Shown here one piece after another: positions 12,260-42,316 of a DNA stretch of 64,000 nucleotides; the stretch's first letter is position 1; each line of letters starts with the position of its first letter. The DNA comes from Paraspadella gotoi (taxonomy: Eukaryota > Animalia > Chaetognatha). The stretch spans positions 12,021,998-12,085,997 of the forward strand of contig CM119270.1 of NCBI GenBank assembly GCA_051294375.1. The letters are read 5' to 3'. Below the pieces are notes generated by a model. That model ran no database searches, was not told the DNA's origin, and worked only from the letters and a program-made list of their open reading frames with translations. Made by a program: the position numbers and the translations under genes.

Positions 12260-14420
12260 GAGAAACTTGAGTGTACTTTTTAAATCTGTGCGACAAAAAA
12301 ATAAAACAAAAAACTTGCGGTGGGGGGGGAGGAAATGGCGTAGGCAATGTTCTCATAATAAAGGTAAGTTACCTCTGCGAATTCGCTGCCGCCGCGGAAA
12401 AGGTGAGGTTCTTCTTCGAAACGAAACGAATTCGACCTCCAGAAAGAATCCTCACGATTCATGTCGGAGTTGATGTTCTGAGAAAAAACATGTCATCAAA
12501 ATATCAAATTTTAAATATATACTGTTTTTAAGTCCAAGATAATTTATTATGTTCCCAATTCGTAAAAGAAAATTAGTAAATAAAAAAAATTATATTGATT
12601 CTTGTGATAAACCAATTACTAGTGACCAATAATAAATTATTTAAAAGCAGTCGGAAAAGCAAAATCCGGTATACATTGTGCGGTAATACAACGTAATGAA
12701 TTAAATTGAGAATTTGGTTTTGTCCCGATGTCTTTGTTATTATTTTTTTAGAAAGTCTGACCCAATCTGACTGTCCGTTTTTCTCTTTGATGAATTTGAT
12801 TGGATTGAGACAGCGATATTCGATTGGCAGCAATGTTTCACTCCAAAAGCTAGTCAATTATTGATCAGTTGAAAATGGGTAGAAAGATTTACGTATTTTG
12901 ATCAAAATAATTAGTTAATTATTGCTATATTGTGTTTATTAAATTGCGTCCAAACATTGTTTGCTCTTAGTTTATACCGCTATTGTGAATTGCATTTTCT
13001 TAAATTAGAAGTTGTGAATCCGATTATAACCGTGTGCTCCATTAACCTTCATTCCAGGAATGAGTCGCTCTAAGAATTTCTTTAACGATTTTTCAGAATT
13101 TTATGATTACTTTACCTCACGTTGCGTTATTGGCAAATCATTGCCAAACGACGGCTTTGAGATAATAATAGCAATGTAAAAAGGTTTAACAAGGAACATT
13201 TTGACGACGAATGTAACTCACTCGGCACGTCTGCAGCAATCCTTCGTCCAGCAGTTCGTCGTAATGCTGCAGCAAAGTTCGCCAAAAGTCGTTGATCGAT
13301 TCGTCGAAAGATTCCGATTCGGTCGATTCCTGCCAAAGAAGTTTGATGCTGACGTTAACGATTATGGCTCCCAATTTGAAAGAGGACGATTTGGTTTTGA
13401 ATAAGGTTTGTGTGAAAAAAAAGTGTCAATATTATTCAAGAACATTTACCTTCATGACGTCACGATTGATCTTTTGTTGAAAAAAGCTGTCGTAAACGCG
13501 TCTATTGAAAAAATAAGGGTGAAACGACTTTAAAATGGAGATTTTCCGTTTGATTGACCAAAAACCAATTATACTTTTAACAAATTAATTATTTTATGAC
13601 TTAGTTAATTAAAATCCGAGTATAAATTCATAAAGAAATAACGAGACCACACCTCCACTGCCCTCCTCCTAATTCTGGATCCATCTCCATTTCCGGTTCC
13701 AGTTCGATTTCCGCCTCAATTTCCGGTTCTATGTGAGGTTCTACGTACGGTTCCGGTAGAATATTCATATCCATTTCTTGTTCATCTTCTTCGGAATCGG
13801 CGGCATTGCGTCCACTGCAGATTTCGACATCTGCAAAAGTATTCGAAAGAAATTTATCGTCCGGTTTTTATTTATTAAATAATATGATAAATGTTTTGGG
13901 GAAAACTGACCCGACGGAGGATATTCGTGAACGTTATCGCATTCGCAATAAGTGTAACTCCAGCGCCAAGTGCAGCATTTTTGATCGCTTGCTTTTCCTA
14001 AAATTAAATACGAGGTTTTGCGAAAATCAAAGCTTTTTGTTTTGTTGTATTTTTATTTTATTTTTGTTTAGAGGTAATTAGTAACGCCTTTCCAAATTTT
14101 TAGGACATAACGAAACAAACAAATACAAAATATTTGCACATAAATATTATTTAAAAAAACTTACAAATTAAAGAAGTGAGAAAAACGACGTGGGAATAAA
14201 AGGTAAGAACTAAGGGAGGTTTGAGTTTACCTTGGACGAGGTCGGTTTTACGATTGCGAGAAGCGAAAGGAGAAGACCTTTCCGATCGAAGGCTCGATTC
14301 TATCATCGGTTCCATCACAGGTTCTATCACAGGATCAATCTTGGACTCTATCATAGGTTGCATCGCATGTTCTGTGCCTCGGTTAGGATTAGGTTCTTTT
14401 TGATTCATCATAGGTTCCAT
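8554..14420 (-). CDS. klar: Klarsicht-like KASH-domain outer nuclear membrane protein (~1168 aa from the provisional ATG)
   Basis: Thirteen phase-consistent exons: 14420-14231, 13997-13911, 13830-13653, 13501-13450, 13329-13222, 12477-12373, 12182-12010, 11686-10372, 10173-9910, 9831-9646, 9561-9292, 9200-8932, 8863-8554. The C-terminus is a TM helix plus KASH peptide (LLFVCCSLAFLLLSCGLLLRPDCCSRQNRFRWSLLPQLRYPDGQPPI*). The block FWRTLLQHYDELLDEGLLQTCR resembles the conserved Klarsicht motif as I recall it. Coiled-coil or spectrin-like helices lie between. The true start may be further upstream. Confidence 0.82.
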
Positions 14421-14533
14421 TTCGGGTCTCCTTTTGTGAGAATATCTCAGCCTATAGTGAGTACGTTGGTGAGTTTTAGTTTTTTTTTGACGCCGGAGTG
14501 GGAGTGGGCGGAGAACGAGAGAGAAAGAAAGAG

Positions 14534-14605
<72 letters not shown>

Positions 14606-16988
14606 GCGAGAAATTCGAATCAAGTAGTGAATTTAAAATATTTCCTTTCGATTTAAACTTACCCGAAATCCTGGCGACGACGCAAAACAATTTTTTTTCC
14701 TTTTTTTTTTCTTATGAACTTCTATTCTACGTTTCAGGTGCAAAGTTTGAAACCTCGACGCTGACAACGAATCGAGGGAAATCTTGATCCATAGTATTAA
14801 ATTTATTTGAGCACAGTGTTGGTTTTAATTTGAATACTAAAGTAGGGAAGACAGTCCACGTTCACCTAGTATTTGCACTTCCTCTTTTGTTTGGCAAATG
14901 TTTTTTTTTATTTTCTGAGGCGATTTTCTTGTTTACTTTTTTCATTTTTTGCCTAATTTTTACCCTGAAACCTAAAAAGACTAATGAAAAAGCGCAATTA
15001 GTAGTCTTTACCAATGAGTAAAGGGAAAAATTAAACAAAAAATCACTCAAATACAACATTATTTTTGATTAACTGACATTGTTTTCACAGAAAAGACTTG
15101 CGACTAGGCTAATGAAAAATACAGCAGAACAAAGGATAACAAAAGAATTTTGAAATGAAACTCACGAAAGTGAAAATCACGATTGAATAAAAAAACCGAA
15201 ATTGACTGTAATCTTTTAATTTGGAGAGAGCGAAAGGAAACGAAGGATGTAAAGGAAAAAAAAATTCTATTACCGAATGAGATTATAAAAAAATTGAAAA
15301 AACCTGTTATCGATTTTTTCCGTCTCAAAGTGATAGAACTATGAAAAAAAATTTGAGTAAATTTAAAATTAAGTTATCCAGTCAACCTCCTTTTAAAAAA
15401 ATATTTATCAGTCCCGCAATACCGTATGTTGCAAGCTATGTTCTACAAGTTCAACCTCAAAAAAGACATCAATTACAAAAAGGATATCTCTTGAAATTCT
15501 GTTACGGAGTTAGTTTCTAAAGATTTTTGTATCTCTTATCGAATGAGTTTGGATTTAGTTTTAATTCTAAACGCGAAAACTGTCACAAACAACAAAGGGA
15601 CGAGATTGGCTTCAGATAAAAAAAAAAACCCACATGAAAACGACAGAAGAATTGAGAGAATCAAAGTGTTGAATCAAGAGAAGATGCTTTTATTAAAAAT
15701 TTTGATTTTTCGTATTCTGTTAAAAATGTTTTTAAAAAACCACGAGGCCTTTTATGAAGTTAGAGAAGGAAATTCTTTAAAAGGCTTCGAAAATAGAAAA
15801 GTGCCATGCGTGTTTTGAATTCGCTTGACCTGCAAGTAAAATCTCTCATACTAAAATTATTAATTAAAACTGTCATCTTTAATTTCATATATTGTTGATT
15901 TTTTTGCATTTTTTTACTTTCAGTCATACAAAAAATATTATTTTCAGCTTTTTATATCAATTAAATGTGTTTTCCACGCAGAGTCAAACAATTTTATGAA
16001 ACTGTTTGTTTTATAAAACAATTTGGGTAAGTAGCAACGCTAAAAATATCCAAATTTAAACAACGAAACCGTAATAGTATAGTAATAATATATCGTATAG
16101 TTATAATATAGTAATAATACATCGTTAGACAGAAAGCTTTATCAAAAGGGAGAACTGAAAAAATATTCCCGCGCTGTGATGCCTCGAAATTCCCAATCGA
16201 ATTTTCTATAAATATTTGATCGGCTAAAAATTGTCGAACAGGCTCAGACATGTTTCCTCTACACCAATGTCCCCGCTTGGGGATGGTGAATCGAAACCAG
16301 AGGAATGTAACTCTGTGAGAAAATTAAAAAGTGAGAAAAAATATATTCCCGATTTAAAATTATTCGACTGGTAAGATAATCAAGTGAATAAACGGATTAT
16401 AGACTAGATAAAAGAGAGTGGAAAAAAGTACTAGAAAGTCGTGAGTAAAAAAGAGAGACACGAAGCGAAGTATAATTATGATCCATTAAAGGTCGGGAAT
16501 AATTTATCGCAAATTTGTGAATTTCTGTTTTGGTTAAAAGTTGTGATGACTTCCGTAAATGTAAATCCAGCGAGTTCCTCGCGACGATCACCAGCGAAAG
16601 TCACCTTTAGGCTCACAAATTCGAAGGGATTTTTTTCAGAAACGAACCTCACAACACGAAAAGGAACAGTTTCCTGTGATGTTTATTTGTAATCACTGAT
16701 CACAAATTCCCACTCCTTCATGTTTTAATCTCACAACGGGATAGGATTTTCTCAAAATGAAAGAAAAAAAGATTTAAAGAGAAAAAATAAAAAGAGAATA
16801 AAAAAAACCGCAGAACGAGAATGTATAATTAAACTTTTTCGTGAGAAAGGTCAATGTTATTCTTTGTTAATTTGTCACTTGACACGATTCGCCAATTTCG
16901 AGAATCAAAAAAGGAAATTTCGCGATGATGAGTTTAAAGAAAATGAGGCGTGCGTCCATTCTTAGTTTTATCACTCTCACACTCACTC

Positions 16989-17069
<81 letters not shown>

Positions 17070-17120
17070 CAAAAAAAAAAAATTATATCCGGTGAAAAAG
17101 ACACGGGGGACAAATATTTA

Positions 17121-19868
<2,748 letters not shown>

Positions 19869-20271
19869 GTCGTCGTTGTTGTTGTTGGAGCGAAGATCGT
19901 AAGAAAGAGACGAGATTTCGGTTCGACTTTTTTGACTTCGCGTCCAAAAGAAAAAAAAGATATGGATGAGTAAACTTGTGGAATTTAGGGAATGAGAAAA
20001 TAAAAATATGATAATAAAAGGAATAAATTTAAAAACAAACAAACAAACAAACAAAACGATAAAACTAATTGAAATCAAAGCTGTAGAGTTCCGAACAAAG
20101 CCGTATGTTAGAGATCATCTTTGAATAATAAATCTGCAAAACCCTAGATATCTTGAATATTCAAACAAGAACCAGAAGTTCGAATTGAACCACGTTAACG
20201 ACCAAAAACCTACAAAAGGCTATTGTTTCGGGTTCCTCACAATTTTCCTATATAGGAATATAATATGAAGT

Positions 20272-20590
20272 NNNNNNNNNNNNNNNNNNNNNNNNNNNNN
20301 NNNNNNNNNNNNNNNNNNNNNNNNNNNNNNNNNNNNNNNNNNNNNNNNNNNNNNNNNNNNNNNNNNNNNNNNNNNNNNNNNNNNNNNNNNNNNNNNNNNN
20401 NNNNNNNNNNNNNNNNNNNNNNNNNNNNNNNNNNNNNNNNNNNNNNNNNNNNNNNNNNNNNNNNNNNNNNNNNNNNNNNNNNNNNNNNNNNNNNNNNNNN
20501 NNNNNNNNNNNNNNNNNNNNNNNNNNNNNNNNNNNNNNNNNNNNNNNNNNNNNNNNNNNNNNNNNNNNNNNNNNNNNNNNNNNNNNNNNN
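20272..20590. other. Assembly gap. Other gaps: 18223-18247, 19349-19373, 38033-38057, 46833-46857, 50845-51060, 51296-51502, 57505-57529, 60588-60876, 61855-61977, 62974-63221, 63627-63834
   Basis: Runs of N, mostly abutting microsatellites; five are exactly 25 N. Confidence 0.99.
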
Positions 20591-23141
20591 CCGGTGGATA
20601 AGAGACACACGATTAAGTTAAGGTCAATCTATTAATCTTTTCGATGCGCTTTAGAAACTGTTGTAAAGAATGAATTAATATAGATACTACTTTTTTTTCA
20701 TTCTCTACAATTTAGAAAAATATAATAATAAAATATTACAGATAATAAAATACAACATTATCTTATCTTGTTAATGAAAAGGTTTATGTCAAACAAGAAT
20801 ATGTGAAAGAAACAGAAAATTCTCCGCACGATACTTTAGCATTTAATAATTAACTTGTAATTAATCTCGCTGATTTTATTGGTTCAAAGTTCATTGATAT
20901 ATATACGAATCAATCATACTATGAGCCTCTTTTTGCTTCCCATTCCTCTTTCTTCTCCGGGGTCTCTCAAAGGTAAACGCCGTCACGTTTTCATTGGCTC
21001 CAGCTCATTGGCTCTGCCCCATGCTTTTTTGGATAACTGTAATAAAGAAGAAAATACAGCCCGGATTATTGACCCTTTAATTATTTTTTCATATCAAATT
21101 TAGAAACATTTACAGGTTGTAAATTTCATAACCAGGTGCGTTCCATGAGGATTTAAGCAATCGTAAGTTTTGGACTTACTCCGTTATGATAAAATTGAGT
21201 AGTAACTTTTCGGTTATTTAGCTTCCGCCTTATTCCGCCTAGCACAACAACCTGCTTCAGAACGCCGACATTCAATGGGCCTTGCGCACGAACGAAGCCC
21301 GACACAGAAGGTTCGCGGCGGCGGCTCATACGCGAGGGGAGTTCCGAGTAAAAACCGCTGTTTTTGATATATTGTAGTAATGATTTATCAAAGCGTCGCT
21401 GTTGGTTTTCATTTAACTATTCTTTTCTTTTTCGACCTTTTTCTCCTCGTCGGCTCTCCGGCCACATCTCCTCCGCCTATCTCTCTTCCATCCTCAGTGC
21501 TTCTCTCATCTCTCTTTCTCTCTCTAGTCCACTCTTACGTCCGTCTCTCGGTGGCTCGTGGTGGGTCTGCTCTCTGGTCTCTCTCTCTCTCTGGGTGCGT
21601 AGGGCTCAGGGCATCCAATCTCTCCGCCTACATTTTATACCTTCTCCTCTCCTTGCGCTTACACACTGTCTTCCTTAGGGTTCTTCTCTCTCGGCTCGGC
21701 GGGTGACGCTCGAGGTCATCCCTCTCTCTGTCGCGGGGCGCTGGTGTTCCTCTCGCTTCTCGTCATCTCTCCTCTACCTCTGACTCCGGCGTTTTTCGAC
21801 TGGTGTGCGCTTTCTCCGTGGGCATCTCTCTGCTGCATCAATGCAGTGGCCCAGCTGGCCTCGCTCTTGCGCGCGTTTCTCCTCCTCTATGACCGGCGCG
21901 ATGTCGGCTGCCCGACTTCCGGGCCGCACGTTCTCTCCTCTACGTCCTGCCGCATGCGGTGCAGTCCTGGTGCCACTGTGTCTCGCGCGTTCTGTCCCGT
22001 GGTCGTGTGGGACCACAGCGGAGTATCCTCCCTATCTCCTTTGGTACGACTCTCCGTGCGTCGTGACACGCTACGTGCTTAGGCGATTCCTTTCCCGCCA
22101 CTTTCCGCTTCGCCCGCCATTTTCGGAGCTATCGGAGCGGTTCACCTCAATCATCAGTCCCTGTCCTCTCTCCCGCGACCCTATCCCATGCCTCCTCTCA
22201 TCCCTCTTGTCCTCCTCTCCTCTCCGCATCACCACAGAACATCGTGGCAAGAACCCTGCATTGCACATGGACTTTTTTAGCCTCCAGGTGCCTTTTTCTT
22301 CCCTGCCTTTTTCTTCACCTTTTCTACTTTCAATCGGAATTTTCCCTTCCTTCCTTTTCTTTCGTCTTTTCTTTCTTTTTTTTCGTTCTCCTACCTTTCC
22401 GCGGTAATTTCTATAACATTCTCCTCATCGTTGAGAACGCTCTTGGTATTTTATCAATAGCCTTTCTTTAGTCTTTTTTTAAACGATTTCTGGCTCTGTT
22501 TCCATTTTATGTTTCGATAATATCTTCATATTAAATTAAACATTAATCTTTTAGTTTTCTTTTCAGAACTTTGACGTTCTTCCTCCATCCGTTCCTTTTT
22601 TTTCTCTTTTTCTTTCATATCTCTTTTTCACAACGTTATTATCAAAAACATCAACCGCTAACTTCTATATATCGTAAGAAAATACGTTTCAGGATTAAGA
22701 TGTTATTTTAACTTTTTAATTCCATATGCATTCTGGATTCAATTTTTTCTTCTCAAGCGAGTCCAGATGGTTTTCTTCTTGATCTTCTTAAACTCGGAAA
22801 GATGTCGACGGACGGCGGGGAGGACGTTTACCCAATTCACATCGGTGAGATTTCGCAGCTGTGTACTGTTGTTGTTGTTGTTTTCATCGGTTGTCGTTTT
22901 GTGATAACGCGATAAATAACGTTTAACGATTGAGATACATGTCTCGTCGTTTCTGTATATTTTCTCAAGATGAAGTTCTCCTTCCAAATGATCAATCAAT
23001 CAATCACTTTATTCTCCGAGTAAATCAAACGATTGTCAAATTAAACATTTAAATAATCAATAAAATATATTTATTTACTCTCCAAAACACGCTTGATAGA
23101 TCTAGATTGATATATAATATTAATTAATTAATTTAGCTACG

Positions 23142-36867
<13,726 letters not shown>

Positions 36868-37144
36868 TCTCATTTTTAGTATTCCAATTTATGGTTACAA
36901 TGAGGATTTCAATCTCGCAACGTTTTTATTGTCATTGTCTGTTAACGATGACATCGTGATCTCAAATTTGAATAATATTAAGATGGCCTAATTTTTAAAA
37001 AAATATTAAGGTATGTAGACTTTTTTTTTAATTTCTAACGGTTCTATTTCGCGAAAAACACTCATGATATCGGAGGGTCAATTTTGATTATTTATTATAA
37101 AGTATTGTTCATTGCTATTTGTTCTCATTTCATTCCCGTTTTGA

Positions 37145-37150
37145 AATAAA
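37145..37150 (+). promoter_or_regulatory. Candidate ST7 polyadenylation signal AATAAA
   Basis: AATAAA about 280 nt downstream of the ST7 stop, followed by T/GT-rich sequence. Confidence 0.4.
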
Positions 37151-38057
37151 CAGTACTTATTGTACTATTGCTAATAATGGTTTTTAAACATTGATGAAAA
37201 TGATCAAGGAGATCGGATTTTTTTTAAATTAATAAGGTTAATAATAATAATATGAATAGAGCCTGAAGTTGAGGGAAGTAGAAACCGGAAGAAAAGTGTT
37301 CTTTTGTTATTCATTGATACAGGTACTACAATACTCTCTGTGAGGGAGGAGTAAAATTAGCGATAAAAAAAATAACAAAATAGCAGTTCTAGTCCAACTT
37401 ATTTTCCACAAAAAATACTGAAAAATATGGCTTGAAAATTATTAATTAGGATATTATGGTAACAGCCGGGTTGCCTGTGATGCCCATTGGGATGGGGCAT
37501 CTCACTGTTGGCTTTGGGGGCTTCCGACCCTCAGTGACGCCTCCAGTCACTGGCGCGGTTACCCTAGGACGGTCTCACTTTGCCAACGCAGAGGGAAGTC
37601 GTTAGGACTGTGGATGGAACACTACACTTGGGATGGTGTGTTCCCCCTCTGAGCCAATGGATTTGGCTGAAGGATGGTGGACGTGAGGCGGTGTGAATAT
37701 ACCGCCACAATATGAAAAAAAAAATCAGAAAAATCTTTATGAATTTTCTCGAAAACTCTGGATCAATGGATCATGCATTCCATGAAAAACATTAAATTAG
37801 AGACAATTAAAGGGAATCATGATTTAATAAGACTCGCATATAAAGCAACAAAAGCGGAATTTTTTTCATATCCGTTCAAATTTTTTTTATTAAAACTCAG
37901 TAGATATTTAAAGAAATACAATAACTGCGCGATAAAAATGTCGTAGACTTCCTGAGAAACTTTTCGTCCAACTTAAAAGACAAGAATTGATTTTAGGCCA
38001 GACAAGAGAATCTCTCTCTCTCTCTCTCTCTCNNNNNNNNNNNNNNNNNNNNNNNNN

Positions 38058-39111
38058 AAGAAGATGAAGCGAAGGGACTGCAGCCTGTCTCTATCTCTCT
38101 ATCTCTCTCCTCTCTCTCTCTTCTCGTTCGCTATCTCTCGATCTCTCTCATCTCATCTGCCTTCTCACTCTCTTTCTACCATCATATGTCGTCTTATGTG
38201 GGCAAGGCGACTAATATTACGGAGTCGCCTATAGATGATGTACTGATCAAAGATATGCATATGATATGTATATTAAAAGGCATTCCTTTCAATTTCATTT
38301 ATGGTAACTAAATCCATGATCAAAAGATAAATTTTTTAATAAATGAGAATGCTGTTGCCAACGCTTTTTTTAAACGTATAAATTCAAAATAAAAAAGAAA
38401 CATAGATATGTAAATCAATTTTTTTCTGCGCTCATTGTTATCAAGCAGATTAATAGGTTTTCAATTCTTCGATGATAAGTTTATTAACAGAGTGAAACGC
38501 CGTAATATTTCGGTATGATATATTCGTTTTACGCCAACCTCAAAATGATTCTTCGTAGTTACCGGAATCATTTCGAAAGAAATTCATAATTGATAAAAAA
38601 AATAAAAAAAAATCACGCGAAATCAAATCAAATCAAAACCCTGGGCTCAACCAGTCTCAGCTGAACTCTTACTTCCACGGCTCGAATTATTCCTCAAAAT
38701 CATTTTTTTTTTCCAGAACGTCCTTTGTGTTGCTCTCCCCTTGTCCATTGCCGCAATCGAGAATTCCTGTCTAGCTTTTATTTCAGAATATTCCACCTGG
38801 CATGCCACCTCATTTCCTCGCCATTGATTCCACATCCAAATTCTCCTTCGATCCTTGAAGACGAAGCCCAGAACAGCGCCCGCCTTTCCCCACCCCGCAG
38901 TCTTAGGATAGGGTCCCGTCTGCTTTCCTCGTCGCGCGGATTTCTCACGCCGAATAAGGAAACTCACCTTTTTTTTTATGAGAAACTGACCAGACCGAGG
39001 TCAACACTTTTCTATTTTTTCGCCGTGAAAGACTTTTTTCCTCTTCTTTTTTTGTCGGCCTCATTTCGCCCATAGGGTCCACGTCATTGATCTCTCGTCT
39101 CTCTCTCATCA

Positions 39112-39146
<35 letters not shown>

Positions 39147-39157
39147 ATCTCTCTCTG

Positions 39158-39190
<33 letters not shown>

Positions 39191-41306
39191 TCTCGTCTCT
39201 CTCTCTCTCTCTCTCCGCTCCTTTGAATCGGCACCAAACGGGCTCCATTACGTTCCGTTTTTCATGTTCTTTTCAAATGACCTTCGCTGCTACCGACGTG
39301 CGGTCGCCTGTCTTTCCTTACGAGAATTCGGCCTTTCGCCTGTCGGACAATTCTGGCCTGCATGCTTTTACTCCTTTCACGATCTGCCATTTTCCGCACT
39401 CTCCAGTCAAACTTTTTTTTTTACGAATCACTACGCTCTTCACACACTTTTCGCTCCAGAGAAATGCAAGTGAGTAAAACGACGATGTAAATGCCGTCCA
39501 GTGCACGAAGGGTAAGTGGCGGCGAAGGCGGCGGTGGGTCAGGTAGGACAGCTTCCCGGGGCCGGAGAACATGACGGTGGAAAAAAGGGTAAGTGATTTC
39601 GCGAGGCGTAAAAATGGAGAAGAGAAGGAGGAAAAAAACGATGGAAATGGTTGAAGTTGATTCCCCGACGACGCGATGTGCCCTCATCACAATCTTCCTT
39701 ATCTCGATTCGGGGGGCTTCTACTTTTCCTCTTCCTCCTCCTCCTCTTCGTTTCCTTTATTCAAACTTCCGTCTCCTCTTCCCCATCCTCTTCAATCTTT
39801 TTCTCCGCGTTTTCCCCATAAAAACGATTCTCTCCTTCTTGAAACTTAAACGAATCGAAAATGTTAAAATATACGAAAAAACAGACATTTATTTGGGTCA
39901 ATATCTCTCACCGCAACCTTCTGAGAATCCTTCGTCCGCAGCGTCCAAACCCGTTCCCAAGGGGTCCACTAACGCCCCGGCGGAGTTCAATTCTTCCCCC
40001 CCCCCTTAAAGGGTCCTGCGCCCTCCTCTCTTTTTCGCCAATAAACCTCAAAGTGGGACCGAATTACGCGTATGAATTAAAGATATGTGATTGCTGAGGT
40101 TTATTGACAGCGGCGTCCCCTCTTTCCCGACACTTACCTTTTGTCAGAAGAGGAATTCCTTTTGTCCTTTGCCTCTCCTCCTCTCTCTCTTGCTCTCCTT
40201 CTCATCCTCCTCTCTCTTCATCTCGTCTCTCTCTCTCTCTGCTCTCTCTCTCTCTCTCTTCTCATACTCCTGTTGTCTCTTCCGTCTCATAAAAATGCTC
40301 GTAACCCCGTGTTTCGGATGACGGTTCACGGACAAGCGCCGTCCTTGACACAGACCTTGTCGAAAAAAATCCGAGGTAATAGAGAGAGAGAGAGAGGGAG
40401 AAAAAGAGAAAAGATCCTCTCTGACAAAAGGTAAGTGTCGGGAAGAGGGACGCGCTGTCAAAAACCTCACGCATTCACATCTTTATTCATCGGTGAATTC
40501 GAGTCCCACTTTGAGGTTTATTGGCGAAAGAGAGATGGAGGGCGCAGGACCCTTTAAGGGGGGGGGGAGAATTGAACTCCGCGGGGGCGTTAGTGGACCC
40601 CTGGGACGGTTTGGACGCGCGACGAAGGATTCTCGAGGTTGCGGTTGAGAATATTGACCCAAATAAATGTCTGTTTTTCGTATATTTTAATTTTCTTCGT
40701 TAAGTTATAAAGAAGACGAGAAGTCGTTTTATGGGGAAACGCGGAGAAAAAGATGAAGATGATGGGGAAGAGGAGACGGAAGTGATAATGGAAACGAAGG
40801 AGGAGGAGGAGGAAGAGGAAAAGTAGAACCCCCCGAATCGAGATAGAAGATTGTGATGAGGGCAATCGCGTCGTCGGGAATCAACTTCACCATTTCCATC
40901 GTTTTTTCCTCTTCTCTCTCCATTTTTACGCATCGCGATCACTTACCCTTTTTCCACCCGTCATTGTTCTCGGCCCCGGGAAGCTGTCCTTACCTTGACC
41001 CACCGCCGCCTCTCGCCGCCACTTACCCTTCGTGCACTGGACGGTCATTTACTCGTCGTTTACTCACTTTCACATCTCTGGACGAAAAGTGTGAAGAGCG
41101 TGATTCGTAAAAAAAAAGTTGCTGGAGAGTGGGAACGGCAGATCGTGAAAGGAGTTAAAAGCATGCAGGCCAAATTCCGACAGGCGAGAAGGCCGAATTC
41201 TCGTAGGAAAGCAGGCGACGCACGTCGTAGCAGCGAAGGTCATTTGAAAGAACATGAAAACGGAACGTAATGGACCCGTTTGGTGCCGAGAGAGAGAGAG
41301 ACGAGA

Positions 41307-41371
<65 letters not shown>

Positions 41372-42264
41372 AGAGAGGAGAGAGAGAGAGAGAGAGAAGA
41401 GCCGAGAGAGTCAGATGACAGAGAGAGAGAGATCAATGAGTGGACCCTATGGGCGAAAGAGGCCGACAAAAAAAGAAGAGAAAAAAGTCTTTCACGGCGA
41501 AAAATAGAAAGTGTTGACCTCGGTTGGTCAGTTCTCATAAAAAAAGGTGAGTTTCTCTATTCGGGTGAGAATCCGCCGACGAGAAAGCAGACGGGAACCC
41601 TATCCTAAGACGGGGGGTGGGGAAAGGGGGCGCTGTCTGGGTTCGTCTCAAGGATCGAAGGAGAATTTGGATGTGGAATCAATGGGAGGAAATGAGGTGG
41701 CATGCCAGGTGGAATATTCTGAAATAAAAAGCTAGACAGGAATTCTCGATTGCGGCAATGGACAAGGGGAGAGCAACACAAAGGACGTCTGGAAAAAAAA
41801 TAATTCGAGCCGATGGAAGTAAGAAGTTCAGCTGAGACTGGTTGAGCCAGGGTTTTGATTTTTTTTTTTTTTTTTATTCAATTGATGAATTTCTTCGAAA
41901 TGATTCGGTAACTACGAAGAATCATTTTGAGGTTGGCGTTAAAACGAATCTCATACCAAATATTACGGGCGTTCACTCTGTTATAAACTTATCATGAAGA
42001 ATTGAAACTATTATCTTGCTTGATAACTATGAGCGCGAAAAAAATTGATTTATGTATCTATGTTTCTTTTTTTATTTGAATTTATACAGTTTAAAAAAAG
42101 CGTTGCACAGATTCTCATTTTTAAAAAATTATTTTTGACATGGATTAGTACCATAAATGAAATTAAAGATTCTAATATACATATCATATCATATCTTTGA
42201 TCAGTACATCATCTAGGCGACGTAATATTAGTCGCTTGCCACAAAGACGACATTGATGGTGAAA

Positions 42265-42316
<52 letters not shown>

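Noticed and set aside
37463-37712. Telomerase RNA, SRP RNA or RNase P identity for the structured island
   Set aside because: No full telomeric template (only TTACCCTAG), no SRP helix-8 motif and no RNase P CR-V motif seen.
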